This document shows positions 22,944 through 32,855 of a stretch of 64,000 nt of DNA, in pieces. The notes below the pieces were generated by a model. The model did not search any database and was not told the DNA's origin. It saw only the letters and a list, made by a program, of their open reading frames with translations. How positions within the stretch are numbered: position 1 is the first letter of the stretch; each line of letters starts with the position of its first letter. The stretch comes from Halorussus marinus (GTDB lineage: Archaea; Halobacteriota; Halobacteria; Halobacteriales; Haladaptataceae). Both the position numbers and the translations under genes were made by a program. The stretch lies in the NCBI RefSeq assembly GCF_004765795.1, contig NZ_SBIV01000006.1, positions 1 to 64,000 on the forward strand, written 5' to 3'.

Positions 22944-23186
22944 TCGTCGTGAGTCTCCGACGCGCACGAAAAAATGGGTTGCGCTAATTAGGATCGACTT
23001 ATCGAGCGCGTGTCTGTTCCACGCCCCGTTTCTCGATAGTATCGGCTCCTTACTCGGAGTATGGGATCGATACGACGCTAAATTCGCGGTGAATTCGGCA
23101 CAACCCGGACCCACCTCCGCCAATCGGCTTTCAGGGTTTCGGGGGTTGAAACCGCTGTCAGTCCAAGGCGAAATCGGCGAGACACA

Positions 23187-23504
23187 ATGTCGAAGACCGA
23201 AACGCAGCCGACGAACGCGACAGAGTACGACCGCGAGACACGACAGGCGCCCCTCCGGGTGCAGGCCGACTGGTCGGGTACCGAGACCCTCGACTCGGCG
23301 ATCACCTGCGCGATCTCTCGGGCGACCGGCGACGCGGTCACCGAGCTGGCGCCCCTCTACGAGTACATGGACCCCGACGCGCTCCACGCGTTCGTCGCGT
23401 CCATGCGCGACCGGGAGACGGAGACGAGCATCACCTTCGAGTACGAGCGCCACGACGTCACCGTCCGCGGGGACGGCGAGATTCTGGTGTGGCCCCGGAG
23501 CTAG
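23187..23504 (+). CDS. HalOD1 output domain protein
   Basis: PLYEYMDPDAL...F-x-Y-x-x-x-x-VTV-x-x-DG. Confidence 0.85.
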   Translation: MSKTETQPTNATEYDRETRQAPLRVQADWSGTETLDSAITCAISRATGDAVTELAPLYEYMDPDALHAFVASMRDRETETSITFEYERHDVTVRGDGEILVWPRS

Positions 23505-24952
23505 CCGAAGTCGGTCAGCCCCGCCTGGGTGTCGTCGGTCCCCCCGTCGTCGCCCGCCGACTCCTCGGCCCCAGACTCGGCGTCGTCGGACGCCTCGCTC
23601 TCGTCCGCGCCGTCGCCCCCGTTCGACTGTGAACCGAAGCTCCCCTCGAACGCGCCGCCCGAGTGTTCGACCGCCCGCTCCTCGCGGAGCGTCTCGGCGT
23701 CGGCCACGACGTCCTGTACCTTGTTCGTGTCTTCGCCGCTCCCCGTCACGAACGAGACGTGTTCGGCGTCGAGGTCGTACTTCGCGGTCATCGCCACGGT
23801 CAGCTCGCGGTTCTTGCAGTGGTGGGTCATCGCCGCCAGGAACGGGAGCATCTCCCGGCGGGCGGTCGACATGCTCACGCCGTCGGCCGCCGCGATCTTC
23901 CGGGCGACGTAGTCGCGCTTCTTGCGGTTGCCCTTCGAACTCCCGAGTTTCCGCCAGTAGCTCGGCGGGCCGTAGCGGGTCCACCCGCCCTTCTCCCCGC
24001 GGCGGGCGGCGGCGACCCCGCCCGCGATGTTGTCGCCGGCGTAGCGCCAGTACGAGTAGTCCTGGGAGGCCCGGACTCGGCCGAGCCACTTGTCGGCGTT
24101 CGCGAGAAAGTCGTACGCGACCGCGAGCTCCTCGCCCTCGTAGTCTTTCGGGACGTTGTCCTCGACCCAGTTCAGCATGTCGTCGGGCGTCTCGTCGACG
24201 TCGTAGGACTGCCTGAGCGCCCCTCGGGCGTCCTCTTCTTTGAACAGCGCGTCGAGGAAATCGAAGATGCCGCTGGTGTCGTCGCGCTCGCCGGTGACCT
24301 CCACGTCGGCCTCGGTCAGGCGCTCGCTTGTCTCGGCGACCGCCTGGAGGTCGTTGACCGCCGAGCGCAGGTCGCCGCTGTTCTTGTCCGCGATCGCCCG
24401 GAGCGCGTCGTCGTCGAACTCGACGCCCTCCTGCCGGCAGATGTCCCGGAGGACGGGCACGATCGACCGGGCGGACACGTCCCGGAACTCGATCGTCTCG
24501 CAGGCGTTTCGAAGCGATTTCGACATGTCGTAGAACTCGTTTGCGATGAGCACCATCGGCTGGCCCGCCGCCCGGACCACGTCGCCGATCGCCCGCGAGC
24601 CGCCCCGGTCGACGTTGCCGTGGAGGTTGTCGGCCTCGTCCATGACGATGAGCTGGCGGCCGTCGGCGCCGCCGGTCAGCGCCCGATTCTGTGAGGCCCC
24701 GCCCGCGAGCTTCTCGACCACGTCGGCGGTGCGCTGGTCGCTGGCGTTGAGTTCGATGGTCGGCCACCCCATGTCGGCCGCCAGTGCGTGGGCCGCCGAG
24801 GTCTTGCCGACGCCGGGACGCCCGTGGACGATGACGGCGTCCCGGTGGTCGTCCCACGTCTCGGCCCACTCCTTTAGCTGGTCGCGGGCCTTGTTGTTCC
24901 CGCGGACCTCCGAGAGGGTCGAGGGCCGGTACTTCTCGGTCCAGTCGGTCAT
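23501..24952 (-). CDS. rfcL: Replication factor C large subunit
   Basis: WTEKYRP, GRPGVGKT, IELNASDQR, DEAD, GDLRSAVNDLQ; 483 aa. Confidence 0.96.
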   Translation of the reverse strand: MTDWTEKYRPSTLSEVRGNNKARDQLKEWAETWDDHRDAVIVHGRPGVGKTSAAHALAADMGWPTIELNASDQRTADVVEKLAGGASQNRALTGGADGRQLIVMDEADNLHGNVDRGGSRAIGDVVRAAGQPMVLIANEFYDMSKSLRNACETIEFRDVSARSIVPVLRDICRQEGVEFDDDALRAIADKNSGDLRSAVNDLQAVAETSERLTEADVEVTGERDDTSGIFDFLDALFKEEDARGALRQSYDVDETPDDMLNWVEDNVPKDYEGEELAVAYDFLANADKWLGRVRASQDYSYWRYAGDNIAGGVAAARRGEKGGWTRYGPPSYWRKLGSSKGNRKKRDYVARKIAAADGVSMSTARREMLPFLAAMTHHCKNRELTVAMTAKYDLDAEHVSFVTGSGEDTNKVQDVVADAETLREERAVEHSGGAFEGSFGSQSNGGDGADESEASDDAESGAEESAGDDGGTDDTQAGLTDFG

Positions 24953-24995
24953 TGGGCGTCGGTAGGGGCGAGCGGCGTTTAGTGGTTGCGGAGCG

Positions 24996-25370
24996 TTACT
25001 CCTCGTTCTCCGCTTTCAGGTCGAGTCGCGGAGAGAAGTCTTCGTACGTACGGTCGCTGGAGACGATAGTGTCGCCATCAGATTCGACGAGGTGGAGCGC
25101 GTCGAACGGGGCGAATCCGTGATCTTCGACGTACGTGGCCGCCGCGACGACCGTATCCAAATCGCCACGAACTTCGACGAGGTTTGCGGCGTTCGTGACT
25201 ACCCGTTCTGTGTCGCGGTCCTCGCGGTAAGCCACGAAGAGAAGTTCGATGAGCGTGAACTGCGACGTCCACAGCTCGTCTCTGTGGTCGCGGTAAACCG
25301 CTTCGGCGGTGTCTCCGAGCCAGTCTTCGTCTTTGATGAGGGCCAGCAAGAAATCTGTTTCAGCGTACAT
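24996..25370 (-). CDS. PIN-domain (VapC-like) toxin
   Basis: MYAETDFLLAL...E...FDALH...IVSSD. Confidence 0.85.
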   Translation of the reverse strand: MYAETDFLLALIKDEDWLGDTAEAVYRDHRDELWTSQFTLIELLFVAYREDRDTERVVTNAANLVEVRGDLDTVVAAATYVEDHGFAPFDALHLVESDGDTIVSSDRTYEDFSPRLDLKAENEE

Positions 25371-25601
25371 TTAGCGCCCAGCTTCGTCCAGTGTCGCTTC
25401 ACGTGCTTCCGCTCTGAGTTCCTCTGGCGTCTTCTCGACCTCGGAAAACTCGTCTCGCAGCGCGTCAAGAGGGTCGTCTGCGACCGGAATCAGTTTGATT
25501 CCGTCGTGGAGGTCGACGACGTGGTAGTGGTCTCCGTATCGTTCTCGAATCTCCTTCGGGAGCGTCAGCCGTCCCCGGTCGTCGAGCGTCGCATCGGACA
25601 T
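25371..25601 (-). CDS. AbrB/MazE-type antitoxin
   Basis: MSDATLDDRGRLTLPKEIRERYG; abuts the PIN gene. Confidence 0.85.
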   Translation of the reverse strand: MSDATLDDRGRLTLPKEIRERYGDHYHVVDLHDGIKLIPVADDPLDALRDEFSEVEKTPEELRAEAREATLDEAGR

Positions 25602-25806
25602 ACGCTCTCCTACGATGGGTAAGCGTAAAATATTTCCCCAAAATCGCTCGTTCACCCACCAAACCACCCACCGGGGGTGTACCGCATAGAGTGGTGATAC
25701 TGGTTGCGGACTGCGAGACGCTCTCCGTTGCAGCGACGCCCGATGGCCTGCCACGCGCTCGCACGCACGGACAACGCTTTTCTCCGGGCGCTCCGACGCT
25801 CCGGAC

Positions 25807-26409
25807 ATGTTCCCCGAGCGCATCGAGACCGAGCGGCTCGTCCTCGAACCGCTCACGACCGAAAACGTCGACGTACTGGCGCTCTACCGGCACTGCTCGC
25901 ACCACAATCCCCACATCGAGGAGATCACCGAGCACATCTCGTGGGAGCCCCACGAGACGCCCAAAGAGACCCTCGAGTTCGTCGAAGCCCAAGAGACCGC
26001 GCGCGCGAACGGCGAGGACGCGACGTACGTCATCCGCCCGAAAGCGGGCGAGGACGGCGCGGGCGAGATCGCGGGAGCGACCGGGCTCCACCCCGAGTGG
26101 GACCGCCGGACCGGGGTGCTCGGCGCGTGGCTCCGCAAGCCCTTCTGGGGTCGGGGGTACTCCGGCGAGCGCGCCGCCGCGCTGATGGAGGTCGCGTTCG
26201 ACCGACTCGACCTCGAACTCGTGGCGGTGACCCACCACGCGGGCAACGAGAAGTCCCGGCGGGCGATCGAGAAGTACGTCGAGGCCCACGGCGGCCAACA
26301 CGAGGGACGGCTCAGAAACTACCACCCCGACCCCGACGGGCCGGCCGACGCCCACCGCTACACCGTCACCCGCGAGCAGTGGGCGCAAAACCGGGGTGAC
26401 GAGGAGTGA
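25807..26409 (+). CDS. GNAT (RimJ/RimL-type) N-acetyltransferase
   Basis: IETERLVLEP, FWGRGY, N-x-x-S-x-R. Confidence 0.9.
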   Translation: MFPERIETERLVLEPLTTENVDVLALYRHCSHHNPHIEEITEHISWEPHETPKETLEFVEAQETARANGEDATYVIRPKAGEDGAGEIAGATGLHPEWDRRTGVLGAWLRKPFWGRGYSGERAAALMEVAFDRLDLELVAVTHHAGNEKSRRAIEKYVEAHGGQHEGRLRNYHPDPDGPADAHRYTVTREQWAQNRGDEE

Positions 26410-26636
26410 CCGGCGAGGTCTTCGACGTTCACGACCACCGCCACGCGCTCAAGCTCCACCGCGACACCGGCGAGCGCGAGCTCTGGGAGAACCGCAAGGG
26501 GCTCGACTGTCCGGCCTGCGAGGAGCCGTTCGCCGACCTCCTCGTCTCCGAGCGTCGGCACAACAGCTTCGAGCGCCCCGACGGGCGGTTCTGCGTGGTT
26601 CGCGAACCCGACCGACTGTTGGTGTTCTCCCACTGA
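26406..26636 (+). CDS. Small Cys-containing (CPAC) haloarchaeal protein
   Basis: 76 aa, GTGA overlap with the GNAT gene. Confidence 0.75.
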   Translation: MTGEVFDVHDHRHALKLHRDTGERELWENRKGLDCPACEEPFADLLVSERRHNSFERPDGRFCVVREPDRLLVFSH

Positions 26637-26679
26637 CCGAGCCACAAACTATTCACCGGACCGGTCGGTGGCCCCGACT

Positions 26680-27270
26680 ATGTCGGTAACTGAGGACCGT
26701 TCGGCCGTTCGCGGCGTGTTCACGCGCGGGCGACTCGCCTGCGGCGCGATGGCGGGCGTCACGGCGTGGCTCGCCGGGTATCTGGTGGCGTACGTCTGGA
26801 AGGCCGCCGAGGTCTCGGAGGCGTTGCGGGGCGTGGGATTCGTCTCCCAACTGCTCGGCGGCGGGAGCGTCCCGGTCTGGAAGGGGGTCTCGTGGCTCTT
26901 TCTGAACGCCCACTTCGTCGACGTGCGCTTTCCGACCGTGGCGGGCGGGAGCCGGATGGTCAACTTCGTGACCGGCGGCGACGGGCCGATCGCGCTCGTC
27001 GCGGCCCCCGCGCTGGCGCTCGCGGTCGCCGGCGCGTTGGTGGCTTACGACCGGCGGGGGAGCCTCCTCGACCGCGCGACCGCCGGCGCGACCGTCGTCG
27101 CGGGCTACCTCCCGGCGTCGGTCGCGGTCGCGTTCCTCGCGACCCACGCCCTCGGCGACACCGGCGCCGCGATCGCGCCCGATCCGGTGACCGGCGTCCT
27201 GCTCGCGGGACTGGTCTACCCCGTCGCATTCGGCGCGCTCGGCGGCGCCGCGACCGCCGCGCTGGACTGA
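26680..27270 (+). CDS. Membrane protein of unknown function
   Basis: Several TMs, 'FLNAHFV', 'GYLP', 'AGLVYPVAFGALGG'. Confidence 0.75.
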   Translation: MSVTEDRSAVRGVFTRGRLACGAMAGVTAWLAGYLVAYVWKAAEVSEALRGVGFVSQLLGGGSVPVWKGVSWLFLNAHFVDVRFPTVAGGSRMVNFVTGGDGPIALVAAPALALAVAGALVAYDRRGSLLDRATAGATVVAGYLPASVAVAFLATHALGDTGAAIAPDPVTGVLLAGLVYPVAFGALGGAATAALD

Positions 27271-27284
27271 GACGAGCGTTTTTC

Positions 27285-28532
27285 TCACGACGCGTTCGAG
27301 GCCGCCAGCCGTCGCCGGACGACTCGATACACCGCGTCCGCCCGGCAGTAGTCGGGATCCGAACGCTCGAACAACGCCTCTCCGAGCGCCCGCCGGCGGG
27401 TCGCGTCGGGGTCCGCGTCGGGTCCGGCCGCCGCGGCGTCGAGCGTCCGGTCGAGCGCCGCCAGCAGTTCCGGGAACGTCCGGGCGACCGGTCCCGGCGT
27501 GACCGCCTCGTAGTCGAAGTAGAACCCCCGTTCGGCGCGGTACCGATCGAGGTCGAAGGCGTAGAACGCCACCGGCCGGTTCCGGAGGAGGAAGTCGAAG
27601 TACACCGACGAGTAGTCGGTGACCAGCGCGTCGACCGCCCGGAGCAGGGGGTAGACGTCCGTCGGTTCGGGGAGCGCCACCACCCGCGAGAGTCCCTCCG
27701 GGAGGTCGAGGCTCTCTTTCGGGTGGGGCTTGACGACGAGGTAGGCCTCGCGCTCGGCGAGGAACTCTTCGAGCGCCTCGAAGTCGACGTTCGCGGCGAT
27801 CGCCCCGGGGTCCCACTCCCGATACGTCGGGAGGTAACAGACCACTCGATGGTCGGCCGCGATCGACCGGACCCGCGCGAGCGCCGCCGCGTCGGTGCCC
27901 AGATCCTCGCCCGGGATCGACCCCAGTAGCGCGTCGTTGCGGGGGTAGCCCGTCGCGACCATCTTCGGGCGGGCGACCCCGAGTCCGGACTCGAAGGGTC
28001 GGATCGTGCCGTCGCCGGGGACGGTCAGGAGGTCGAACGCCCGAGCCATCGCGGCGTGGCCGGCCCGGACCGGCGCGGGCGCGTCGGCGAACCCCGCGTC
28101 CCACGAGACGTGTTTCAGGGGAATGCCGTGCCACAGCAGTACCGTCAGTGCCCCGGCACAGCAGGGCATGGCGAGGTCGCGGTGGCCCTGCGTGAGGAAC
28201 ACGGCGCCGGCCCGGAGGTTGACCGCCAGCCCGCGAAGCGAGTAACAGTGGTACGCCTCGTAGCCGGCCCGCCGGAGCTCCGCGACGACCGCCCGGTCCT
28301 TCGAGAGCCAGACCGGCCGGATATCGGGGTGATCGGCCGCGACGCGGAGAAAGAGGTACTTGCTGTTGTCCGCGAACGCCTCCCCGCCGCGCGCGCCGAA
28401 CGCCCACAGCCGGTCGTCGCGCTCCCAGAGGGGCGAGAGGGCGCTCACCGCGACGTAGAGCATCCACTGCGCGAGAAACGAGAGGTGGTCGGCGACCGCG
28501 AGCGCTCGCTCGCGGAGCGCTCTCACGTCCAT
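27285..28532 (-). CDS. CDP-glycerol glycerophosphotransferase (TagB/TagF) family protein
   Basis: DNSKYLF, LWHGIPLK, TGYPRND, YLPTYR, KPHP, LVTDYSSVYFDF. Confidence 0.93.
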   Translation of the reverse strand: MDVRALRERALAVADHLSFLAQWMLYVAVSALSPLWERDDRLWAFGARGGEAFADNSKYLFLRVAADHPDIRPVWLSKDRAVVAELRRAGYEAYHCYSLRGLAVNLRAGAVFLTQGHRDLAMPCCAGALTVLLWHGIPLKHVSWDAGFADAPAPVRAGHAAMARAFDLLTVPGDGTIRPFESGLGVARPKMVATGYPRNDALLGSIPGEDLGTDAAALARVRSIAADHRVVCYLPTYREWDPGAIAANVDFEALEEFLAEREAYLVVKPHPKESLDLPEGLSRVVALPEPTDVYPLLRAVDALVTDYSSVYFDFLLRNRPVAFYAFDLDRYRAERGFYFDYEAVTPGPVARTFPELLAALDRTLDAAAAGPDADPDATRRRALGEALFERSDPDYCRADAVYRVVRRRLAASNAS

Positions 28533-28742
28533 CGCTCGGGACTCCCGGCGCTTCGTTGGTCCGTCCGACGCGGCCTCGACAGCGAGGTCACCGATGCGTA
28601 CAGCATCCGCCGATCCGACGACGGGGGCCGGCAAAAAGGTCCTGCCAGAGAGTGGGGGTTGGTACCGACCATCGTGAGGACTGTTCGCGATCGCTCTGGG
28701 CTTTAGCAGGGGTTTTACCCCGCCGCCGCCACTCACGGCCTA

Positions 28743-29936
28743 ATGAGCTACAAGATCGGACTGGTCGGGAAACCGTCCGTCGGAAAGTCCACGTTCTTCA
28801 ACGCCGCGACGATGAACGACGTGCCCGAGGGCGCCTACCCCTTCACGACCATCGACCCCGCGGTCGGCGAGGCGTACGTCCGGGTCGACTGCGCCGCCCC
28901 GGAGTTCGACGAGGAGTGCACCCCGAACGTGGGGTTCTGCGAGGACGGCACCCGGTTCGTCCCGACGAAGCTCGTCGACGTGGCCGGGCTGGTCCCCGGC
29001 GCCCACGAGGGCCGCGGGCTCGGCAACCAGTTTCTGACCGACCTCAACGAGGCCGACGTGCTGGTCCACGTCGTCGACTTCTCGGGGACGACCGACCTCG
29101 AAGGCGAGCCGGTCGAGGACCACGACCCCCGCGAGGACATCGACTTCCTCGAAGGCGAACTCGACATGTGGTATCTCGAAGTGCTCGAGAAGGGGATCGA
29201 GCGCTACGAGTCGGGCTACGACGGCGAGGACGACGAGATCGAGGTCGAACTCGCCGAGCAGATGAGCGCGTTCCGGATCAACAAAGACGAGATCAAACGC
29301 GAGATCCTCTCGCTCGACCTCGAACTCGACCCGGCGACGTGGGACGAGACCGATCGGGAGGACCTCGCCCGCGCGATCCGCACGGAGACGAAGCCGATGG
29401 TGATCGCGGCGAACAAGATGGACACCCCCGAGGCCCAGGAAAACTACGAGGCGATCACCTCCGACCCCGACTACGAGCACCTGACGGTGGTCCCGGTCAG
29501 CGCCCACGCCGAGAAGGCGCTCAAGAAAGCCGACGAGCAGGGCGCGGTCGACTACCGGCCGGGCGACGGGGAGTTCGACATCGTGGGCGACGTCTCGGGC
29601 GACCAGCGCGAGGGGCTCGAAGCCATCGAGGGGTTCGTCGCCGAGTACGACGGCACCGGCGTCCAGCGCGCGCTCGAAACCGCGCTGTTCGACGAGCTCG
29701 GGATGGTGCCGGTGTTCCCGGGCGGCGCGAACGGGCTCGGCAACGAGCGCGGCGAGGTGTTGCCCGACTGCTTTCTCCTGCCTGAGGGGTCGACCGCCGA
29801 GGACTTCGCCTACCACATCCACTCGGACCTCGGGGAGGGCTTTCTCCACGGCATCGACTGTCGGAGCAACCGCCAGGTTGGCGCGAACACCCGGCTCGAC
29901 GCCCGGGACGTCATCGACATCGTCTCGACGAACTGA
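28743..29936 (+). CDS. ychF: YchF/Obg-family translation-associated NTPase with TGS domain
   Basis: GKPSVGKST, YPFTTIDP, DVAGLVPGA, ANKMD, IHSDLG. Confidence 0.93.
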   Translation: MSYKIGLVGKPSVGKSTFFNAATMNDVPEGAYPFTTIDPAVGEAYVRVDCAAPEFDEECTPNVGFCEDGTRFVPTKLVDVAGLVPGAHEGRGLGNQFLTDLNEADVLVHVVDFSGTTDLEGEPVEDHDPREDIDFLEGELDMWYLEVLEKGIERYESGYDGEDDEIEVELAEQMSAFRINKDEIKREILSLDLELDPATWDETDREDLARAIRTETKPMVIAANKMDTPEAQENYEAITSDPDYEHLTVVPVSAHAEKALKKADEQGAVDYRPGDGEFDIVGDVSGDQREGLEAIEGFVAEYDGTGVQRALETALFDELGMVPVFPGGANGLGNERGEVLPDCFLLPEGSTAEDFAYHIHSDLGEGFLHGIDCRSNRQVGANTRLDARDVIDIVSTN

Positions 29937-29968
29937 AATTTAAGTGGAGTGGGGCCGTCGGGTCGCGT

Positions 29969-30172
29969 ATGGCGACCGACCCGCGCTGTCCCGACTGCGG
30001 CGTGACGATGGAAGGCGTCGACGTTCGAACTGGCGGCGGCTACGAACTCAGCGTCCAGACCGACGAGAAGCGCGAGGGCCTGCTGGGGTCGCTCGGGATG
30101 AACGAGTCTCTCGACGTCTCGCCGCGGCTCTGTCCGGAGTGTGGCCTCGTGCGGCTCTACGCCGACCTCTGA
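29969..30172 (+). CDS. CPxCG zinc-finger small protein (copy 1)
   Basis: CPDCG...CPECGLVRLYA. Confidence 0.85.
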   Translation: MATDPRCPDCGVTMEGVDVRTGGGYELSVQTDEKREGLLGSLGMNESLDVSPRLCPECGLVRLYADL

Positions 30173-30228
30173 GCCGGACCGTTCCGAACACCGACACGTT
30201 TTTCGCGCCGCGTCGACGACCAAAGCGT

Positions 30229-30429
30229 ATGGCAGGCGACCCGCGCTGTCCGGACTGCGACGTCGCGCTGGAGGACGCCGAACTGTTCACGGGGCAGGGC
30301 GAACTGCGGGTCAGGACCGAGGCGGACGGCGACGACGTGCTCGCGGCGGTTGGGCTCAAGGAGGCGCTCGACGTGACGCCCCGGCGGTGTCCGGACTGCG
30401 GGCTGGTGCGGTTCTACGCGATCGAGTGA
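30229..30429 (+). CDS. CPxCG zinc-finger small protein (copy 2)
   Basis: CPDCD...CPDCGLVRFYA; ATG at 30229. Confidence 0.8.
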   Translation: MAGDPRCPDCDVALEDAELFTGQGELRVRTEADGDDVLAAVGLKEALDVTPRRCPDCGLVRFYAIE

Positions 30430-30468
30430 GGACCGACAGACCCCGCCGTCGGAACCGAACCGGCGGGA

Positions 30469-30474
30469 TTTAAG
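30469..30474 (+). promoter_or_regulatory. Probable native sucCD TATA box, stranded at attL
   Basis: TTTAAG at -32 to -27 from ATG 30501; the same motif starts at -30 before rps17e (52460). Confidence 0.65.
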
Positions 30475-30500
30475 CGACCGGCGGACGCCGTTTCGAGTGC

Positions 30501-30514
30501 ATGAAGCTCCACGA
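30501..30514 (+). repeat. attL: ATGAAGCTCCACGA (original sucC codons M-K-L-H)
   Basis: 13/14 identical to 41064-41077. Confidence 0.9.
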
Positions 30515-30575
30515 TTTTCATTCATAGGTTGCACGGAACTTTTTTGATTCAGCAGACCGTGTGTGACTTAGCGTC

Positions 30576-31889
30576 ATGACAGCCACGCCCCAAAGCGAAC
30601 TGAAAAGCCGACTTACCACGCTCGCGGAGAGCGCAGAAGACGGCGAAATCGACACTGACGACCACGACGCCATCAAGTCATTCATCGCCGCCTACAACCC
30701 AAACGACCTGCTGGAAACGCCGCCCGGCAACGACTCGACTCTGAAAACCGGAACCTGCAACGTCTACATCTCCCGTCTCACCGAAGCAGCCCGACGAATC
30801 ACGCTCACTGACGCTACCGCTGACGACGTGAACGGGATTCTTCAATCGCTCAGCGACGCTGACCGCTCCGAGTGGACCGTTCACGGCTATTCAACGGCCT
30901 TCCGCAAATTCTACACTTATTACGAGGGCGGACCTGACCCTGACGAGATTACTATGATAGACACGCCGAACGAAAGTGCGTTTAGCCCTGACGATATGCT
31001 TACGCCCGACGAAATCCACGAGTTACTCAACAGCGCCGATAATCCGCGCGACCGCGCCGTATTCGCGCTGCTCATATACACCGGAATGCGGAACAACGCC
31101 CTCCGTACACTCCGCATTGGCGACGTTTATCCACAGGAAGGCGAATGGCAGGTCAACACCGACCGAACAGACGGCCTGAAAGGCGTTGAAAAGTACGGAC
31201 AGCGGCGGCCGCTGTTAGCTGCTGTCAAACCCGTCCGCGACTGGCTTTCCTACCATCCGGAGAGCGACAACCCCGACGCCTACCTCATCACGGGCCGACC
31301 AAAGTACGGGAAGTCTGACCCCTCCAGCCCGGTCGCCGGGTCAACTATTCGGCGCGTCGTTGACCGCCTTGTTGACGCCGCCGACAATCCGTCCATCAAC
31401 CGCAAGCCGACGCACCCACACATGATGCGGCACAATTTCGTCACCATATGTAAGAGAGATTATGGTCTGCCCGACGAAACAGTCAAACATTTTATCGGTC
31501 ATTCGCCCAGCTCGCGGGTCATGGAAACGACCTACTCCCACCTGTCGGATGAAGACCACATCGAGCGCGCCGAGGTGGCGGCAGGACTCCGCGAGCCGTC
31601 CGAGGACGACTCGCCGCTCACGCCCAAAGGTCCGTGCCCGACCTGCGACGAGCCACTTGCTCCCGGCGCGAAGGCGTGTCCCAACTGTGGGCAGGTGTTC
31701 ACTCCCGATGCGAAGGCTATTGAAGACAAAATCGATACCGACCTGAAACAGTCCTACGCCCGAGTGGACCCAGACGACGAAAGCACACAGGAAGCGCTTA
31801 ACGCCCTCGACACACTCACTCAACACCCTGACATCCTTAAGAAGCTCACACAAAACTCTGAAACAATAGAAAAACTCCGTGATAAATAG
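30576..31889 (+). CDS. Tyrosine integrase with C-terminal double zinc ribbon
   Basis: RDRAVFALLIYTGMR, LKG, HPHMMRH, IGH, TTYSH; CPTC...CPNCG. Confidence 0.95.
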   Translation: MTATPQSELKSRLTTLAESAEDGEIDTDDHDAIKSFIAAYNPNDLLETPPGNDSTLKTGTCNVYISRLTEAARRITLTDATADDVNGILQSLSDADRSEWTVHGYSTAFRKFYTYYEGGPDPDEITMIDTPNESAFSPDDMLTPDEIHELLNSADNPRDRAVFALLIYTGMRNNALRTLRIGDVYPQEGEWQVNTDRTDGLKGVEKYGQRRPLLAAVKPVRDWLSYHPESDNPDAYLITGRPKYGKSDPSSPVAGSTIRRVVDRLVDAADNPSINRKPTHPHMMRHNFVTICKRDYGLPDETVKHFIGHSPSSRVMETTYSHLSDEDHIERAEVAAGLREPSEDDSPLTPKGPCPTCDEPLAPGAKACPNCGQVFTPDAKAIEDKIDTDLKQSYARVDPDDESTQEALNALDTLTQHPDILKKLTQNSETIEKLRDK

Positions 31890-31910
31890 AATGGGAGAAG
31901 AGTGACGGGC

Positions 31911-32192
31911 TCAGTCGTCCGCTGCCGTCTCGGCGAGGTACCAACACCTCCAGCAGGCCAGCAGCGCGTCGTGGTCCGACTCGGCCAGCGCGTCCCCGTC
32001 GTTGCGGTCACACCGCGCGCCGTGGTTGAGCCCGAGCGCGTCCGCCCGCTCGACCGCGTCGAACGCCGCCGCGCCGGGCTCCGTCTCGTCGGCCCGCCTG
32101 CCGTCGTCGCGCGGCTCGGGCGCCGCGTCGCGCGCCATTGCCGCCCGCTCACGCCGGTACCCGCGCCGGAGCTCCGCGAGCTCTCGGTCCAT
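31911..32192 (-). CDS. Hypothetical protein (His/Cys, CWRC)
   Basis: 93 aa directly downstream of the SWIM gene. Confidence 0.55.
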   Translation of the reverse strand: MDRELAELRRGYRRERAAMARDAAPEPRDDGRRADETEPGAAAFDAVERADALGLNHGARCDRNDGDALAESDHDALLACWRCWYLAETAADD

Positions 32193-32193
32193 C

Positions 32194-32619
32194 TCAGTCG
32201 TCCCCCTCGACGGTCACACGCCCGCCGTCAGTCGCCACAGCGCCCGTCTCAGCCGTCGCCGCGACCGCCGCCTCGACCCGCGCCCGCCGCTCGTCAAACC
32301 GAGCGATGAGGCGCTCGTCAAACGCGCGCTCGTCGTCCGCCGCATCGAGCACGGCGCCGAGCTGCGCGTCGCGGGCGCCGGTCCAGAATTGGACCCGTCG
32401 GACGTGCTTGCAGCCGCCCTCGGGCGAGCGGTGCTGGTAATCGGGGCAGGTGCAGCGCCCCTCAATGTGGTCGACCTCGTACCGCGTGCCCTCCTCACTG
32501 TAGATTTCGTACACGCCGCCGCCGACCGCGTGGGGCAGCAGGTGCTCGGTGAGAGCGCGCACGTCGCGGGCGTCGAGATTTTCGAGCGTTTCAAGTTCGT
32601 CGGTGGTTTTCTCGCACAT
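32194..32619 (-). CDS. SWIM zinc-finger protein
   Basis: CTCPD-x8-GCKH; ends with 'ATDGG'. Confidence 0.85.
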   Translation of the reverse strand: MCEKTTDELETLENLDARDVRALTEHLLPHAVGGGVYEIYSEEGTRYEVDHIEGRCTCPDYQHRSPEGGCKHVRRVQFWTGARDAQLGAVLDAADDERAFDERLIARFDERRARVEAAVAATAETGAVATDGGRVTVEGDD

Positions 32620-32855
32620 GGGTTCTCAGCTCCGTGAGAAGCCCACCCGGCCGGGCGTGCCAGCGCCCGGGCGTTTTCCGTACCGCCACGCCCCGAGGGC
32701 CGTGTGTTCTCCTCATTTAATTCGTACGTGCGTATTTACCTTAAACCCTGATATCGGCTTCGAAGGATGTTCTTGTGCAATTAGTACGTTTGTGCGAACA
32801 AAGTAATAGGGCGTACATACGAACATTTTTCTGTTTATCGCTCATTCGTGTAAGC

